From NCBI GenBank assembly GCA_963823345.1, contig CAWGLE010000022.1, positions 227,656 through 291,655 on the forward strand: a DNA stretch of 64,000 nt, written 5' to 3'. Made by a program: the position numbers and the translations under genes. Below, one piece after another: positions 1 through 8,952 of the stretch (positions are counted from its first letter, which is position 1; each line of letters starts with the position of its first letter). This stretch comes from Candidatus Sulfomarinibacteraceae bacterium (GTDB lineage Bacteria > Acidobacteriota > Thermoanaerobaculia > Thermoanaerobaculales > Sulfomarinibacteraceae). The notes beneath the pieces were generated by a model. That model searched no databases. It worked only from the letters and a program-made list of their open reading frames with translations, and was not told the origin of the DNA.

Positions 1-504
1 CGGCGCGGGCTCACGCTGCCGGTGGTCTACAACTCGAACGGCTATGACTCGGTGGAGACCCTGCGGCTGCTCGACGGCGTGGTCGACATCTGGATGCCCG
101 ATCTCAAATATGCCGACCCGGCCGCGGGCTGCCGGCTGTCGGGGGTCGGGGACTATCCCCTGCGGGCGCAGGCGGCACTCGCGGAGATGTACCGCCAGGT
201 GGGCGACGCCTGGGACCTGGGCCCCGAGGGCGAGCTGCGGCGAGGGTTGCTGGTCCGGATGCTCGTGTTGCCCGATCACCTTGCGGGCATCGAGGAGAAC
301 CTCTCCTGGGTCGCGCGGTCCCTGTCGCCGAAGGTCGCGATCTCGCTCCTTGCCCAGTACCGTCCCGCCCACCGGGTACCGCGATCGCCGGCCCTCGAGG
401 ACCTCAACCGCCCGATCACCCGCGACGAGTGGCGTCACGCCGTCGAATCCCTGGCACGCCATATGGAGGGCGACCGGCACCACGTGCAGGGCACCTGGCT
501 ATAG
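1..504 (+). CDS. radical SAM protein, PflX/COG1313-like, C-terminal part (5' end outside window)
   Basis: Frame 1 is open from base 1 to TAG 502-504 (track ORF 22..504). VYNSNGYDSVETLRLLDGVVDIWMPDLKY...LVLPDHLAG resembles the C-terminal half of PFL-activase-related radical SAM proteins. Confidence 0.6.
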   Translation, partial: RRGLTLPVVYNSNGYDSVETLRLLDGVVDIWMPDLKYADPAAGCRLSGVGDYPLRAQAALAEMYRQVGDAWDLGPEGELRRGLLVRMLVLPDHLAGIEENLSWVARSLSPKVAISLLAQYRPAHRVPRSPALEDLNRPITRDEWRHAVESLARHMEGDRHHVQGTWL

Positions 505-508
505 ACAC

Positions 509-556
509 GGAACGTTGAAACGTTCCAACGTTCAAACGTTTGAACGTTTCAACGTT
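509..556. repeat. six tandem octamers NNAACGTT, self-complementary array between convergent genes
   Basis: ggaacgtt gaaacgtt ccaacgtt caaacgtt tgaacgtt tcaacgtt read directly. The aspA stop codon (549-551) lies in the last unit. Confidence 0.9.
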
Positions 557-1967
557 GTGAGCGGTGGCGGCTGCGGCGGGTGCCGATCATGCGGGCGGGG
601 TCCATGACCGCCGCGATCTCCTCCTCGGAGAGGAGCTTTTTCTCCCGCACCAGCTCGACGATGCCGCGGTTGGTGGCCAGTGCCTCCTTGGCGAGCTCGG
701 TGGTGACGTCGTAGCCGAGCACCGGGTTGAGCGCCGTCACCACGCCGATGCTGCGCTCGATGTACTCGCGGCACACGTCCTGGTTGGCGGTAATGCCATC
801 GATGCAGTGGACGCGGAGGGTGCTCGCCGCGTTCATGAACATGGTCTGGGACTCGATGATGCAGTCTGCGATCACCGGCTCCATGACGTTGAGCTGGAGC
901 TGGCCGGCCTCCGCGGCCAGGGTCACCGCGAGATCGTTGCCGATCGCCCGGAAGCAAACCTGGTTGACCACCTCGGGGATGACCGGGTTGACCTTGCCGG
1001 GCATGATCGACGAACCCGGCTGCATCCGCGGCAGGTTGATCTCGTTGAGCCCGGCGCGGGGGCCCGATGACAACAGGCGGAGATCGTTGCAGATCTTCGA
1101 CAGCTTGATGGCGAGGCTCTTCTGACAGGACGAGTAGAGCACGAAGGGCTGGGTGTCCTGAGTCGCCTCGACCAGATCCGATGCGAGGCGGATCTCTTTG
1201 CCGGTGATTTCGACCAGGTGCTCGACACAGCGTTCGGCGTAGCCCTCCGGGGCGTTGAGCCCGGTGCCGATCGCGGTCCCTCCCATGTTGACCTCGAGCA
1301 GGACCTCCTCCGCCTCCGACAACGCGGTGATCTCGTTCTCCAGGCTTTCCGCCCAGGCGTCGAACTCCTGGCCGAGAGTCATGGGTACGGCGTCCTGCAA
1401 CTGCGTGCGGCCCATCTTGAGCACGCCCGCGAACTCCCCGCCCTTGTCGCGGAGGGCCGCCACCAGGGCGCCGAGCTCTTCGATGAGCAGGGTGTTGCCG
1501 AGGGCGATCGCCACGTGCAGGGCGCTCGGGTAGGCGTCGTTGGTGGACTGCGACCGGTTGACGTGGTCGTGCGGATCGCAGAAGCGGTAGTCGCCCTTGG
1601 CGTGGCCCATCAGCTCGAGGGCGCGGTTGGCGATGACCTCGTTGGCGTTCATGTTGGTCGAGGTGCCGGCGCCGCCCTGGATCACGTCCACCGGGAACTG
1701 GTCGTGGAGGGCGCCGCTGATGATCTCCCGGCACGCGCCCTCGATGCCGCGCAGGATTCCGTCGCTCAGCTTGCCGCAGTCGTGGTTGGCTCGGGCTGCT
1801 GCGAGCTTGATCATGGCCAGAGCGCGGATGAGCTCAGGATACTGGCTGATCGGCACCCCGGTGATGTGGAAGTTGTCGATCGCGCGCACCGTCTGGATGC
1901 CGTAGTAGGCGTCCGCGGGGACCTCTCTCTCGCCCAGAAGATCGTGCTCGACCCGGAACTCGGCCAT
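549..1967 (-). CDS. aspA: aspartate ammonia-lyase (class II fumarase/aspartase family)
   Basis: Track ORF 549..1994(-), start moved to Met10 (MAEFRVEHDLLGEREVPADAYYG). Family signature GSSIMPGKVNP is present. Confidence 0.9.
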   Translation of the reverse strand: MAEFRVEHDLLGEREVPADAYYGIQTVRAIDNFHITGVPISQYPELIRALAMIKLAAARANHDCGKLSDGILRGIEGACREIISGALHDQFPVDVIQGGAGTSTNMNANEVIANRALELMGHAKGDYRFCDPHDHVNRSQSTNDAYPSALHVAIALGNTLLIEELGALVAALRDKGGEFAGVLKMGRTQLQDAVPMTLGQEFDAWAESLENEITALSEAEEVLLEVNMGGTAIGTGLNAPEGYAERCVEHLVEITGKEIRLASDLVEATQDTQPFVLYSSCQKSLAIKLSKICNDLRLLSSGPRAGLNEINLPRMQPGSSIMPGKVNPVIPEVVNQVCFRAIGNDLAVTLAAEAGQLQLNVMEPVIADCIIESQTMFMNAASTLRVHCIDGITANQDVCREYIERSIGVVTALNPVLGYDVTTELAKEALATNRGIVELVREKKLLSEEEIAAVMDPARMIGTRRSRHRSQR

Positions 1968-2011
1968 GACTTCGTCTCCCCCTCTTCCCTGCACGCCTTA
2001 TAACACGGGGG

Positions 2012-2312
2012 GACCCACCACCCGACCATTTCGGATTTCGGATTTCGGATTTCGGATTTCCACCCCCCCCCCACCGACAATTGGCGTCCGAGTGCCCAGG
2101 GCGGGTGGGACCGCGCGCGGCGGAGGTGCCTGGCTCCCGACATGATGTTGCCCTCAACATCATGTCGGCGTGCCCGGCATCCTCTCGGGAATCGCGTGTG
2201 GAGACGGGCGCGTGCGGCGGAGGTGCCATCTTCACTCTTGTTGGATGCACTATCGCCCACGTGGGCATCGCGATGCGGGCCAACAATGGTGAAGGTGGCT
2301 CCTCCCGGGGAG
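2012..2312 (+). repeat. composite intergenic element, copy A: heptamer array, two conserved boxes, two hairpins
   Basis: (ATTTCGG)x4.7 at 2028-2060 flanked by C-tracts. Boxes ccgcgcgcggcggaggtgcc (2111-2130) and gcgcgtgcggcggaggtgcc (2208-2227). Hairpins at 2138-2167 (13 bp stem) and 2225-2299 (20 bp stem, 35 nt loop). Confidence 0.8.
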
Positions 2313-2371
2313 CGCGTTCTGAAAGGCGGGTTCACTCGATCGTCCGAATCTGGCGAGGGTACACTAACCGC

Positions 2372-5044
2372 ATGAACGACCCCAAACAACGCAAGAAGCT
2401 GTACCTGATCGACGGGCCCAACATGGCGTTCCGGGCGTTTTTCGCCATCGGCGGGATGAGCAACTCGCAGGGTCTGCCCACCAACGCCCTCTTCGGCTTC
2501 ACCAATATGCTGCTCAAGCTCATCCGTGACCAGAAGCCCGACTACCTGGCGATCGCCTGGGACCCCAAAGGCGGTACCTTCCGCGACCGTGTCTTTCCCG
2601 ACTACAAGGGCACTCGACCCGACATGCCGGATGCGCTGCGCACCCAGATGCCGTACTTCGCCCGGGTCGCCGAGGCTTTCGGGGTGCCCTATCTCTGTCT
2701 CGACGACTTCGAGGCCGACGACGTCATGGGCACCCTCGCCCGGCGCCACGAGGACGAGCTCGACGTGGTCCTGGTGACCTCGGACAAGGACCTGATGCAG
2801 CTGGTGAGCGACAACGTCACCCTGTTCGACTCGATGAAGGACCGCCGGATCTCCTACCCGGAAGTGGAGGAGAAGTTCGGCTGCGCGCCCGAGCTGGTTC
2901 CCGACGCGCTCGGCATATGGGGTGATTCGTCGGACAACATCCCGGGCGTCAAGGGGATCGGGGAGAAGGGCGTCAAGGCCCTGCTGGCGCGGTGGAAAGG
3001 GCTCGACGACATCTACGCCCACCTCGACGAGGTGACTCCGCCCGGGACCAGATCCAAGCTCGAGGCCAGCCGCGACAATGCCTATCTTTCCAAGGATCTG
3101 GCGACCATCCGTACCGACGCCCCGGTGGAGGTGAGCCTCGACGCGCTGAAGCTCGACTTCCCTCCCCCCGAGGACCGCGCCCAGGAGCTCTTCGGCGAGC
3201 TCGAGTTCCGCTCCCTGCTCAAGGAGTTCGGCGGCGCGATGGAGACCGTCGACCGCAGCGCCTACCGCCTCGCCGACACCGCGGCCGCGCTCGAGGAGCT
3301 GCGCTCGACGCTTGCCGCGGCCCCACGATTCGCCATCGACACCGAGACCACGTCACTCAACGCCCTGCAGGCCAAACTGGTCGGTCTGTCCTTCTGTTGC
3401 GACGACGACGTGGCCTGGTACGTGCCGGTGGGCCACTCGACCGGGGAGACCCAGCTCGGCTGGGAGCCGGTCCGCGAGGTCCTCGGGCCGATCATCGAGG
3501 ACCCCGGCAAGGGCAAGACCGGACAGCACCTGAAGTACGACCTCAAGGTGCTCGCCAAACACGGTGTCGAGATTCGCGGGATCGACGGCGACACCCTGCT
3601 CGCCGACTACCTCCTGAGCCCGGACCGCCGGTCGCACAAGCTCGACGACCTGGCGCTGATCCACCTCAACCACAAGATGATCTCCTACGCCGAAACCGCC
3701 GGCGCCCAGGCGAGCTTTGCGGAGGTCCTGACGGCTTCGGCAAGGGACTACGCTGCCGAGGACGCCCACGTGACCTGGCTGCTCGACAATAAGCTGACGC
3801 CGCTGGTCGAGGAGCAGGGCATGGAAAAGTTGTACCGGGAGCTCGAGCTGCCTCTCATTCCGGTGCTCGCGCGCATGGAAACGAACGGCATCGCGGTCGA
3901 CCGAACCGTCCTCGACGACTTGTCCGTCGAACTGACGGCCGGCATCGCAGAGGCCGAGAAACGATGCTACGAGGCCGCCGGCGAGGAGTTCAACATCGGT
4001 TCGGTGGTCCAACTGCGCGAGATCCTGTTCGAAAAGCTCGGGCTGCCGGTGGTCAAGAAGACCAAGACCGGGGCCTCCACCAACGAGACCGTACTGCTCG
4101 AGCTCACGGTCCACCACCCGCTGCCGCAGGCGATCCTCGACTACCGGTCGCTGGTCAAGCTCAAGAACACCTACGTCGACCCGTTGCCGGGCCTCATCGA
4201 CCCGGACACCGGGCGCATCCACACCCACTACTCGCAGACCACCGCCGCCACCGGCCGGCTCGCCTCCACCGACCCCAACCTGCAGAACATTCCGATCCGC
4301 ACCGCGGAGGGCCGGCGCATCCGCACTGCCTTCGTGGCGCCGCCCGGGAGGGTGCTGCTCGCGGCCGACTACTCCCAGGTGGAGCTGCGCGTCCTCGCCC
4401 ACCTGTGCGGAGGGACCGGCGGGTTCGCCGACGCCTTCGCGCGCGGCGCCGATGTTCACGCCGAGACTGCGGCCGGGCTCTTCGGCGTCCCTTCCAAAGA
4501 CGTTACCCGGGGAATGCGGGGCATCGCCAAGGCGGTCAACTTCGGGATCATCTACGGCCAGAGCGCATTCGGGCTCGCCCAGACCCAGCGCATCTCCAGG
4601 GCAGAGGCCGCCGACTACATCGCCCGCTACAAGGAGCGCTTTCCGGAGATCGAGGACTATCGGCAGCGGACCCTCGCCCAGGCCGCGGAGCACGGTTACG
4701 TGGAAACCCTGATGGGTCGCAGGAGGCCGGTCCCGGATCTCACCAGCGGCAACTTCGCGGCGCGCTCGGCCGCCGAAAGAGTCGCGGTCAACACCCCCGT
4801 CCAGGGCAGCGCCGCCGACCTCATCAAAAAGGCCATGCTGACGGTGGATCGACGACTCCGCTTGGAGTTCCCGGGCCAACTGCTGCTGCTTCAGGTCCAC
4901 GACGAGCTCCTGCTCGAGGTGGATGAGAATCTCGCCGACGAGATCGGCGAGATGGTGCGCCACGAGATGTGCTCGGCGATGGAGCTCTCCGTACCGCTGG
5001 TGGTCGACCTCGGGACCGGGCGGAATTGGGATGAGGCGCACTGA
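2372..5044 (+). CDS. polA: DNA polymerase I
   Basis: Track ORF 2081..5044, start moved to MNDPKQRKKLYLIDGPNMAFRAF (ATG 2372). 5'-nuclease N-terminus, DYSQVELRVLAH and QVHDELLLE polymerase motifs. Confidence 0.95.
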   Translation: MNDPKQRKKLYLIDGPNMAFRAFFAIGGMSNSQGLPTNALFGFTNMLLKLIRDQKPDYLAIAWDPKGGTFRDRVFPDYKGTRPDMPDALRTQMPYFARVAEAFGVPYLCLDDFEADDVMGTLARRHEDELDVVLVTSDKDLMQLVSDNVTLFDSMKDRRISYPEVEEKFGCAPELVPDALGIWGDSSDNIPGVKGIGEKGVKALLARWKGLDDIYAHLDEVTPPGTRSKLEASRDNAYLSKDLATIRTDAPVEVSLDALKLDFPPPEDRAQELFGELEFRSLLKEFGGAMETVDRSAYRLADTAAALEELRSTLAAAPRFAIDTETTSLNALQAKLVGLSFCCDDDVAWYVPVGHSTGETQLGWEPVREVLGPIIEDPGKGKTGQHLKYDLKVLAKHGVEIRGIDGDTLLADYLLSPDRRSHKLDDLALIHLNHKMISYAETAGAQASFAEVLTASARDYAAEDAHVTWLLDNKLTPLVEEQGMEKLYRELELPLIPVLARMETNGIAVDRTVLDDLSVELTAGIAEAEKRCYEAAGEEFNIGSVVQLREILFEKLGLPVVKKTKTGASTNETVLLELTVHHPLPQAILDYRSLVKLKNTYVDPLPGLIDPDTGRIHTHYSQTTAATGRLASTDPNLQNIPIRTAEGRRIRTAFVAPPGRVLLAADYSQVELRVLAHLCGGTGGFADAFARGADVHAETAAGLFGVPSKDVTRGMRGIAKAVNFGIIYGQSAFGLAQTQRISRAEAADYIARYKERFPEIEDYRQRTLAQAAEHGYVETLMGRRRPVPDLTSGNFAARSAAERVAVNTPVQGSAADLIKKAMLTVDRRLRLEFPGQLLLLQVHDELLLEVDENLADEIGEMVRHEMCSAMELSVPLVVDLGTGRNWDEAH

Positions 5045-5045
5045 G

Positions 5046-5312
5046 GACCCACCCGCCCGCCCATTTCGGATTTCGGATTTCGGATTTCGGATTTTCCGCC
5101 CGACCTCCCACCGAAAATTGGCGCCCGGGTGCTCAGGGTGGGTGGGACCGCGTGCGGCGGCGGTGCCATTTTCAACATTGTTGGACACATGGTCATCCAC
5201 GTCGGCAGGGATTCTCGAGCCAACAATGTTGAGGGTGGCTCCGCCCGGGAACCCACCCGAGGCAGCGATTCGTGGCCGACGGCCGAACTGGTAGGGTGGG
5301 TGGTGGTCGGCC
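5046..5312 (+). repeat. composite intergenic element, copy B
   Basis: (ATTTCGG)x4.7 at 5063-5095 flanked by C-tracts. Box ccgcgtgcggcggcggtgcc at 5148-5167. Hairpin 5165-5239 (20 bp stem, 35 nt loop). An identical extra box sits at 5382-5401. Confidence 0.8.
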
Positions 5313-5455
5313 ATCGGCCACTCGCTGGCCAGGGTTGGTCGCGGCGGCCGCAGGCCGCCAGCAAGCGCGTGCGGAAACGTGCCGCGTGCGGCGGCGGTGC
5401 CTGAAAGCCGGGACGCTTGACGCCACCCCCGGGTCAGCGTACGGTCGCCGGGACA

Positions 5456-5652
5456 GAGCGGTCACCATGAGGTGCCCGAGGGAAGCCGGTGAGAATCCGG
5501 CGCGGCCCCCGCCACTGTAACCGGGGACGCACCGTTCACGGAAGGGTCGAGTGTCGGCCCTTCCAGCCACTGACCGAGCAGGTCCGCGAGGGCCCATCGG
5601 TTGGGAAGGCGAGCGGTCGCGGCTGATCCGGGAGCCAGGAGACCTGCCGCTC
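5456..5652 (+). promoter_or_regulatory. cobalamin (B12) riboswitch
   Basis: gggaagccggtgagaatccggcgcggcccccgccactgtaaccgggga core, then agccactg, gggaaggc and B12-box gagccaggagacctgcc. P1 is gagcgg/ccgctc. It lies 27 nt upstream of the btuB-like start. Confidence 0.9.
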
Positions 5653-5678
5653 TGAATGAATGGAACGGGAGGTTTCAC

Positions 5679-7572
5679 ATGTCCGATCGGTATTTGGCCT
5701 ACATATCTCACCAGGTATCTGCGTTCATCATCGTCCTGTCGGCGGCCACGTCGTGGGCCCAGTATGCACCCCCGCCAACGGCCCAACCATTCACCGGCGA
5801 GGTCACCGTCACCGCCACCGGCGTCGAAACCGAGGTCGAGGAAGCGCCGACCGCGGTCACGGTCATCACGCGCGACGAGATCGACGACGCCCAGACCGGG
5901 TCCGTGGCCGAGATGCTTCGCCGGGTCCCCGGGCTGACCGTGGTGAGTTCAGGCGACCAGGGCAAGGTGACCTCGGTCTTTACCCGCGGCACCGGCTCCA
6001 ACCAGACCCTGGTCATGCTCGATGGAGTTCGCCTCAACTCGCCCTATTTCGGCGGATTCGACTGGAGCCGGCTCTCGACCGCCGGTCTGCGCCAGGTGGA
6101 GGTCGCTCGCGGACCCTACTCGGCGTTGTGGGGCGCCGACGCGGTCGGCGGCGTCATCAACCTCATTCCGGCGCGGTCGCGCTCCGGCTTCAATGGCCGC
6201 TTCTTCGGCGAAGGCGGTTCGGACGGCCGGCAGCGGCTGGAGGCCGACCTCGGGTGGGGCGGCGAGACGTTCGACATCTACGCCTCGGGGTTCGACGGCC
6301 AGAGCGACGGCAGCCTTCAGAACTCCGATTATTCGACGACTCAACTCCTGGTCACCGCCGGCTGGAGCTTCGGCGACCGCGGCAGCCGCATCGGTGTCGT
6401 CGTCCAGGACCTCGAGGGCGAGACCGGGATCCCCTTCGCCGTACCGGGCAACCCGACGCCGGAGCGAAGGCAGAACAGCCAGCAGACTCTGGTGGCCGTT
6501 CCCATCAACATCTTCTTCAGCGATTCGTGGAACGTCGAGCTCACCGGAGCGTCCGTGGACGGCAGTTTCGACTTCTCGGACCCGGACGACCCCTACTTCA
6601 CGTACTCGAACACCGAGACCGACTCCACCCAGTTGCGCCTCGCGAGCAACCACCGCTTCACCAGGCACGTCTTCAGCTGGGGCGGCGAGTGGCGGGAGGA
6701 CGAGGTCTCGGATGCCTCGAACTACGGCACCACCCTCGACAACGAGACCGTGGACGTCACGAGCTTCTTCGCCCAGGACGTGTGGAACATGAGCTCGGCG
6801 GTGCGGCTTCTGCTCGGTGTGCGGTGGGACGACTCCGACCCCTGGGGATCGGAGACCTCGCCCCGCGCCGATATCGGGTGGAAGCTCAGCGACACGGTCG
6901 AGGTCCGTGCGGGCTACGGCGAGGCCTTCCGCCCGCCGTCGCTCGGCGAGCTCTATTTCCCCTTTTCGGGGAATGCCGACCTGCTGCCGGAAACTTCGCA
7001 GTCGACCGACATCGGCCTCACCTACACCACCGCCAAACGCAAGTCCAGGTGGCAGGTGACCGCGTTCAGCACCGATCTCGAAAACCTCATCGAGTACGAC
7101 TTCACCACCTCCGCCAATGCCAATATCGGTTCCGCCACCATCCGCGGCGCCGAGCTTTCGTGGGACTTCCCGCTCGGGCGCCGGGGCGCGTCGTTTCTCC
7201 AGGCAACCTACCTCGACACCGAGGACGATCTCGGCCAGACCGTTGCTGCGGCGGCCGGAGTGGAGCGGATCGTGGACCCTCTACGGCGCTTTTTCGAAAC
7301 GTCTCAACGGTGATCTCACCGTGGTCTACGTGGGTTCCCGGCACGACGTCGACCCGCTGACATTCGAGCGCGCCACGGCCGACAGCTCCACGACCGCGAG
7401 CATCGCCCTCGCCTACGCCGCATGGCACGGGGTCGAGATCACCGGCAGGGTGCTCAACCTCGCCGACGCCGACTACCAGGAAGTCCTCGGCTATCCCGCT
7501 CCCGGGCGGCAGTACGTGGTCGGCCTCAGGCTCGGCGTCGACAACCTGCAGAGGCGGCAGAAACGGCCGTAG
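5679..7572 (+). pseudogene. btuB: TonB-dependent outer-membrane receptor (BtuB-like), frame broken near 7233-7240
   Basis: ORF 5601..7313 (start at Met27, RBS gggagg) carries the plug domain (DEIDDAQTGSVAEMLRRVPGL) and barrel. The C-terminal strands (LNLADADYQEVLGYPAPGRQYVVGLRL) continue in frame 1 (ORF 7117..7572). Confidence 0.8.
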
Positions 7573-7761
7573 GGGCCTGGTGGATATCGTCCGGCCGTCA
7601 ACCTCCGAACCGGTCGGAAGCCCTCACACCCGGAAGGGCTGTCGGCGATTTGACGGAATTTTGAAACTTCGGGTTCATATTTGCGTTCATGCTCATGTAT
7701 AGTGTGACTGAGATCGCGAATCACTTTCTCACCGAGATCACGAGATGAAAGGAGCGAGAAG

Positions 7762-8466
7762 ATGAAGAAGACATTCCTGGTGTTCGGAGTCGTGGCCTGT
7801 GCGACCCTCCTGGTCAACCCGGCCATGGCTTGTGATGGCAAGCAGGCGGCGCAGGTCAGCAACGACGGGACGTCGTGCGCGAAGGCCGCAACCCAGCAGG
7901 CGAGCAACGACGGGACGTCGTGCGCGAAGGCCGCAACCCAGCAGGCGACAAACGACGGGACGTCGTGCTCAAAGGCGGCTGTCAAGCAGGCCTCGAACGA
8001 CGGTTCGGGCTGCGCCACGTCGGCCGCCAAGGCCGCCTACGCCGAGGCCCTCGAGGCGACCGGCTGCGAGAAGACCGCGCAGACTGCCGCGAACAACGCC
8101 ATGGCCGAGAACGTCTACGCCAAGAGCTACGCGGAGAGCGGCTGCACCAAGACCGCGCAGAAGGCGGCTTACGACGCGGTGTACACGTCCACCAGCTGCG
8201 AGAAGTCTTCGGCTGCCGCCGCGACCCACGCGGTTGCTCAGGCCTCCTACAAGGAAACCCTGGCCAACACCGGCTGCGAGAAGACCGCTCAGGCGGCCTA
8301 CGCCAGCGTGACCACGACCGCCGGTGCCAGCTGCGCCACAGCTACTGCCAAGGCCGGTTGTGACAAGGCGGACTGCGACAAGGCCGATTGCGACAAGGGC
8401 GCCGAGACCTCTTCGGATGCGCCCGCCAGCACCGAGGTCAAAATGGCCTCGAACGATAACGGCTGA
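7762..8466 (+). CDS. secreted Cys-periodic, Ala-rich repeat protein, function unknown
   Basis: RBS aaaggag and signal peptide MKKTFLVFGVVACATLLVNPAMA. Repeats SNDGTSCAKAATQQA x3-4 (two 45-nt DNA copies are identical), GCEKTAQ-type x4, CDKAD x3. An intrinsic terminator follows. Confidence 0.75.
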   Translation: MKKTFLVFGVVACATLLVNPAMACDGKQAAQVSNDGTSCAKAATQQASNDGTSCAKAATQQATNDGTSCSKAAVKQASNDGSGCATSAAKAAYAEALEATGCEKTAQTAANNAMAENVYAKSYAESGCTKTAQKAAYDAVYTSTSCEKSSAAAATHAVAQASYKETLANTGCEKTAQAAYASVTTTAGASCATATAKAGCDKADCDKADCDKGAETSSDAPASTEVKMASNDNG

Positions 8467-8490
8467 GCGACCGCTCCCCGACAATCGACG

Positions 8491-8519
8491 ACACCCGGGC
8501 CCGGCCCGGGTGTTTTTTT
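8491..8519 (+). terminator. rho-independent terminator
   Basis: acacccggg / cccgggtgt 9-bp stem, 5-nt loop, then a T7 run. Confidence 0.75.
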
Positions 8520-8599
8520 GTGACCGGGAACACAGCGGCAGGACGGTCGCGAGTGCGACATTGCACCAAAGGGGGGCGAGTTCTTTGGAGAAAGGAAAG

Positions 8600-8929
8600 A
8601 TGATGGCACCGCCGAGATCGCGCCGTCTTCGCCTGCTCGAGAGCCTTCGCCGCACCATCAACGAGATGCTGCACGAGAGGGTTCACCGCGCGGCCTCCGC
8701 AAAGGGCCACGGCGCGCCTGTGAACACGAGCACGATCTACACCTCAGCCGCCAGGGAGGCTCCCGAGCTTCTCGATCAGTTGCTCTTCGTCCACCAGAAA
8801 GTGGACCAGGAACTGGGCGAGGCCAAGGAAGCGACGCCGCCCGCCCAACTCGCCGACCCCGACCGCAGGGCGATGTTGTCGGCCGTGCGGGCCGCTGTCA
8901 ACCGGACCCGCGCGAGCCTCGAGCGGTAG
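8600..8929 (+). CDS. hypothetical cytoplasmic helical protein (109 aa)
   Basis: Internal ATG of track ORF 8324..8929, preceded by ggagaaaggaaag. G/C-rich third codon positions. No recognisable family. Confidence 0.5.
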   Translation: MMAPPRSRRLRLLESLRRTINEMLHERVHRAASAKGHGAPVNTSTIYTSAAREAPELLDQLLFVHQKVDQELGEAKEATPPAQLADPDRRAMLSAVRAAVNRTRASLER

Positions 8930-8952
8930 CTGGTTTCGCGGGCAGCTCCGGT

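Noticed and set aside
2081-2371. N-terminal extension of polA (TTG 2081), and apparent peptide conservation between 2081-2371 and ORF 5129..5404 (CGGGAIF.(L/I)VG..HVG...RANN.EGGS)
   Set aside because: The similarity comes from the shared nucleotide element, which translates similarly in several frames and on both strands. The region consists of hairpins and boxes, and polA homology starts at ATG 2372.
2138-5239. Integron attC sites or REP/RAYT elements, as an explanation for the CAACA..TGTTG hairpins
   Set aside because: The stems lack RYYYAAC/GTTRRRY ends. No integrase or RAYT transposase gene is in the window. Stem lengths of 13 and 20 bp and the 35-nt loops do not fit classical REP units. 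This cannot be fully excluded without the whole genome.
532-5314. Long ORFs antisense to or overlapping aspA and polA (e.g. 532..1734-, 1218..2003+, 1811..3022-, 3353..5314-)
   Set aside because: These are Arg/Pro/Gly-rich translations typical of stop-codon-poor GC-rich DNA. Each lies opposite or out of frame to a gene with clear family motifs. The same applies to similar ORFs across the window (e.g. 9707..11056-, 15787..17115+, 18917..20191-, 25428..26831-, 30988..32574-, 51458..52978-).
5382-5445. A second, upstream cobalamin riboswitch suggested by a GGTGCC box
   Set aside because: Only the GGTGCC hexamer is shared. The B12-box, GCCACTG and the GGGAAGCCGGTGAGAATCC core are absent. It is another copy of the 20-nt box of the composite element.
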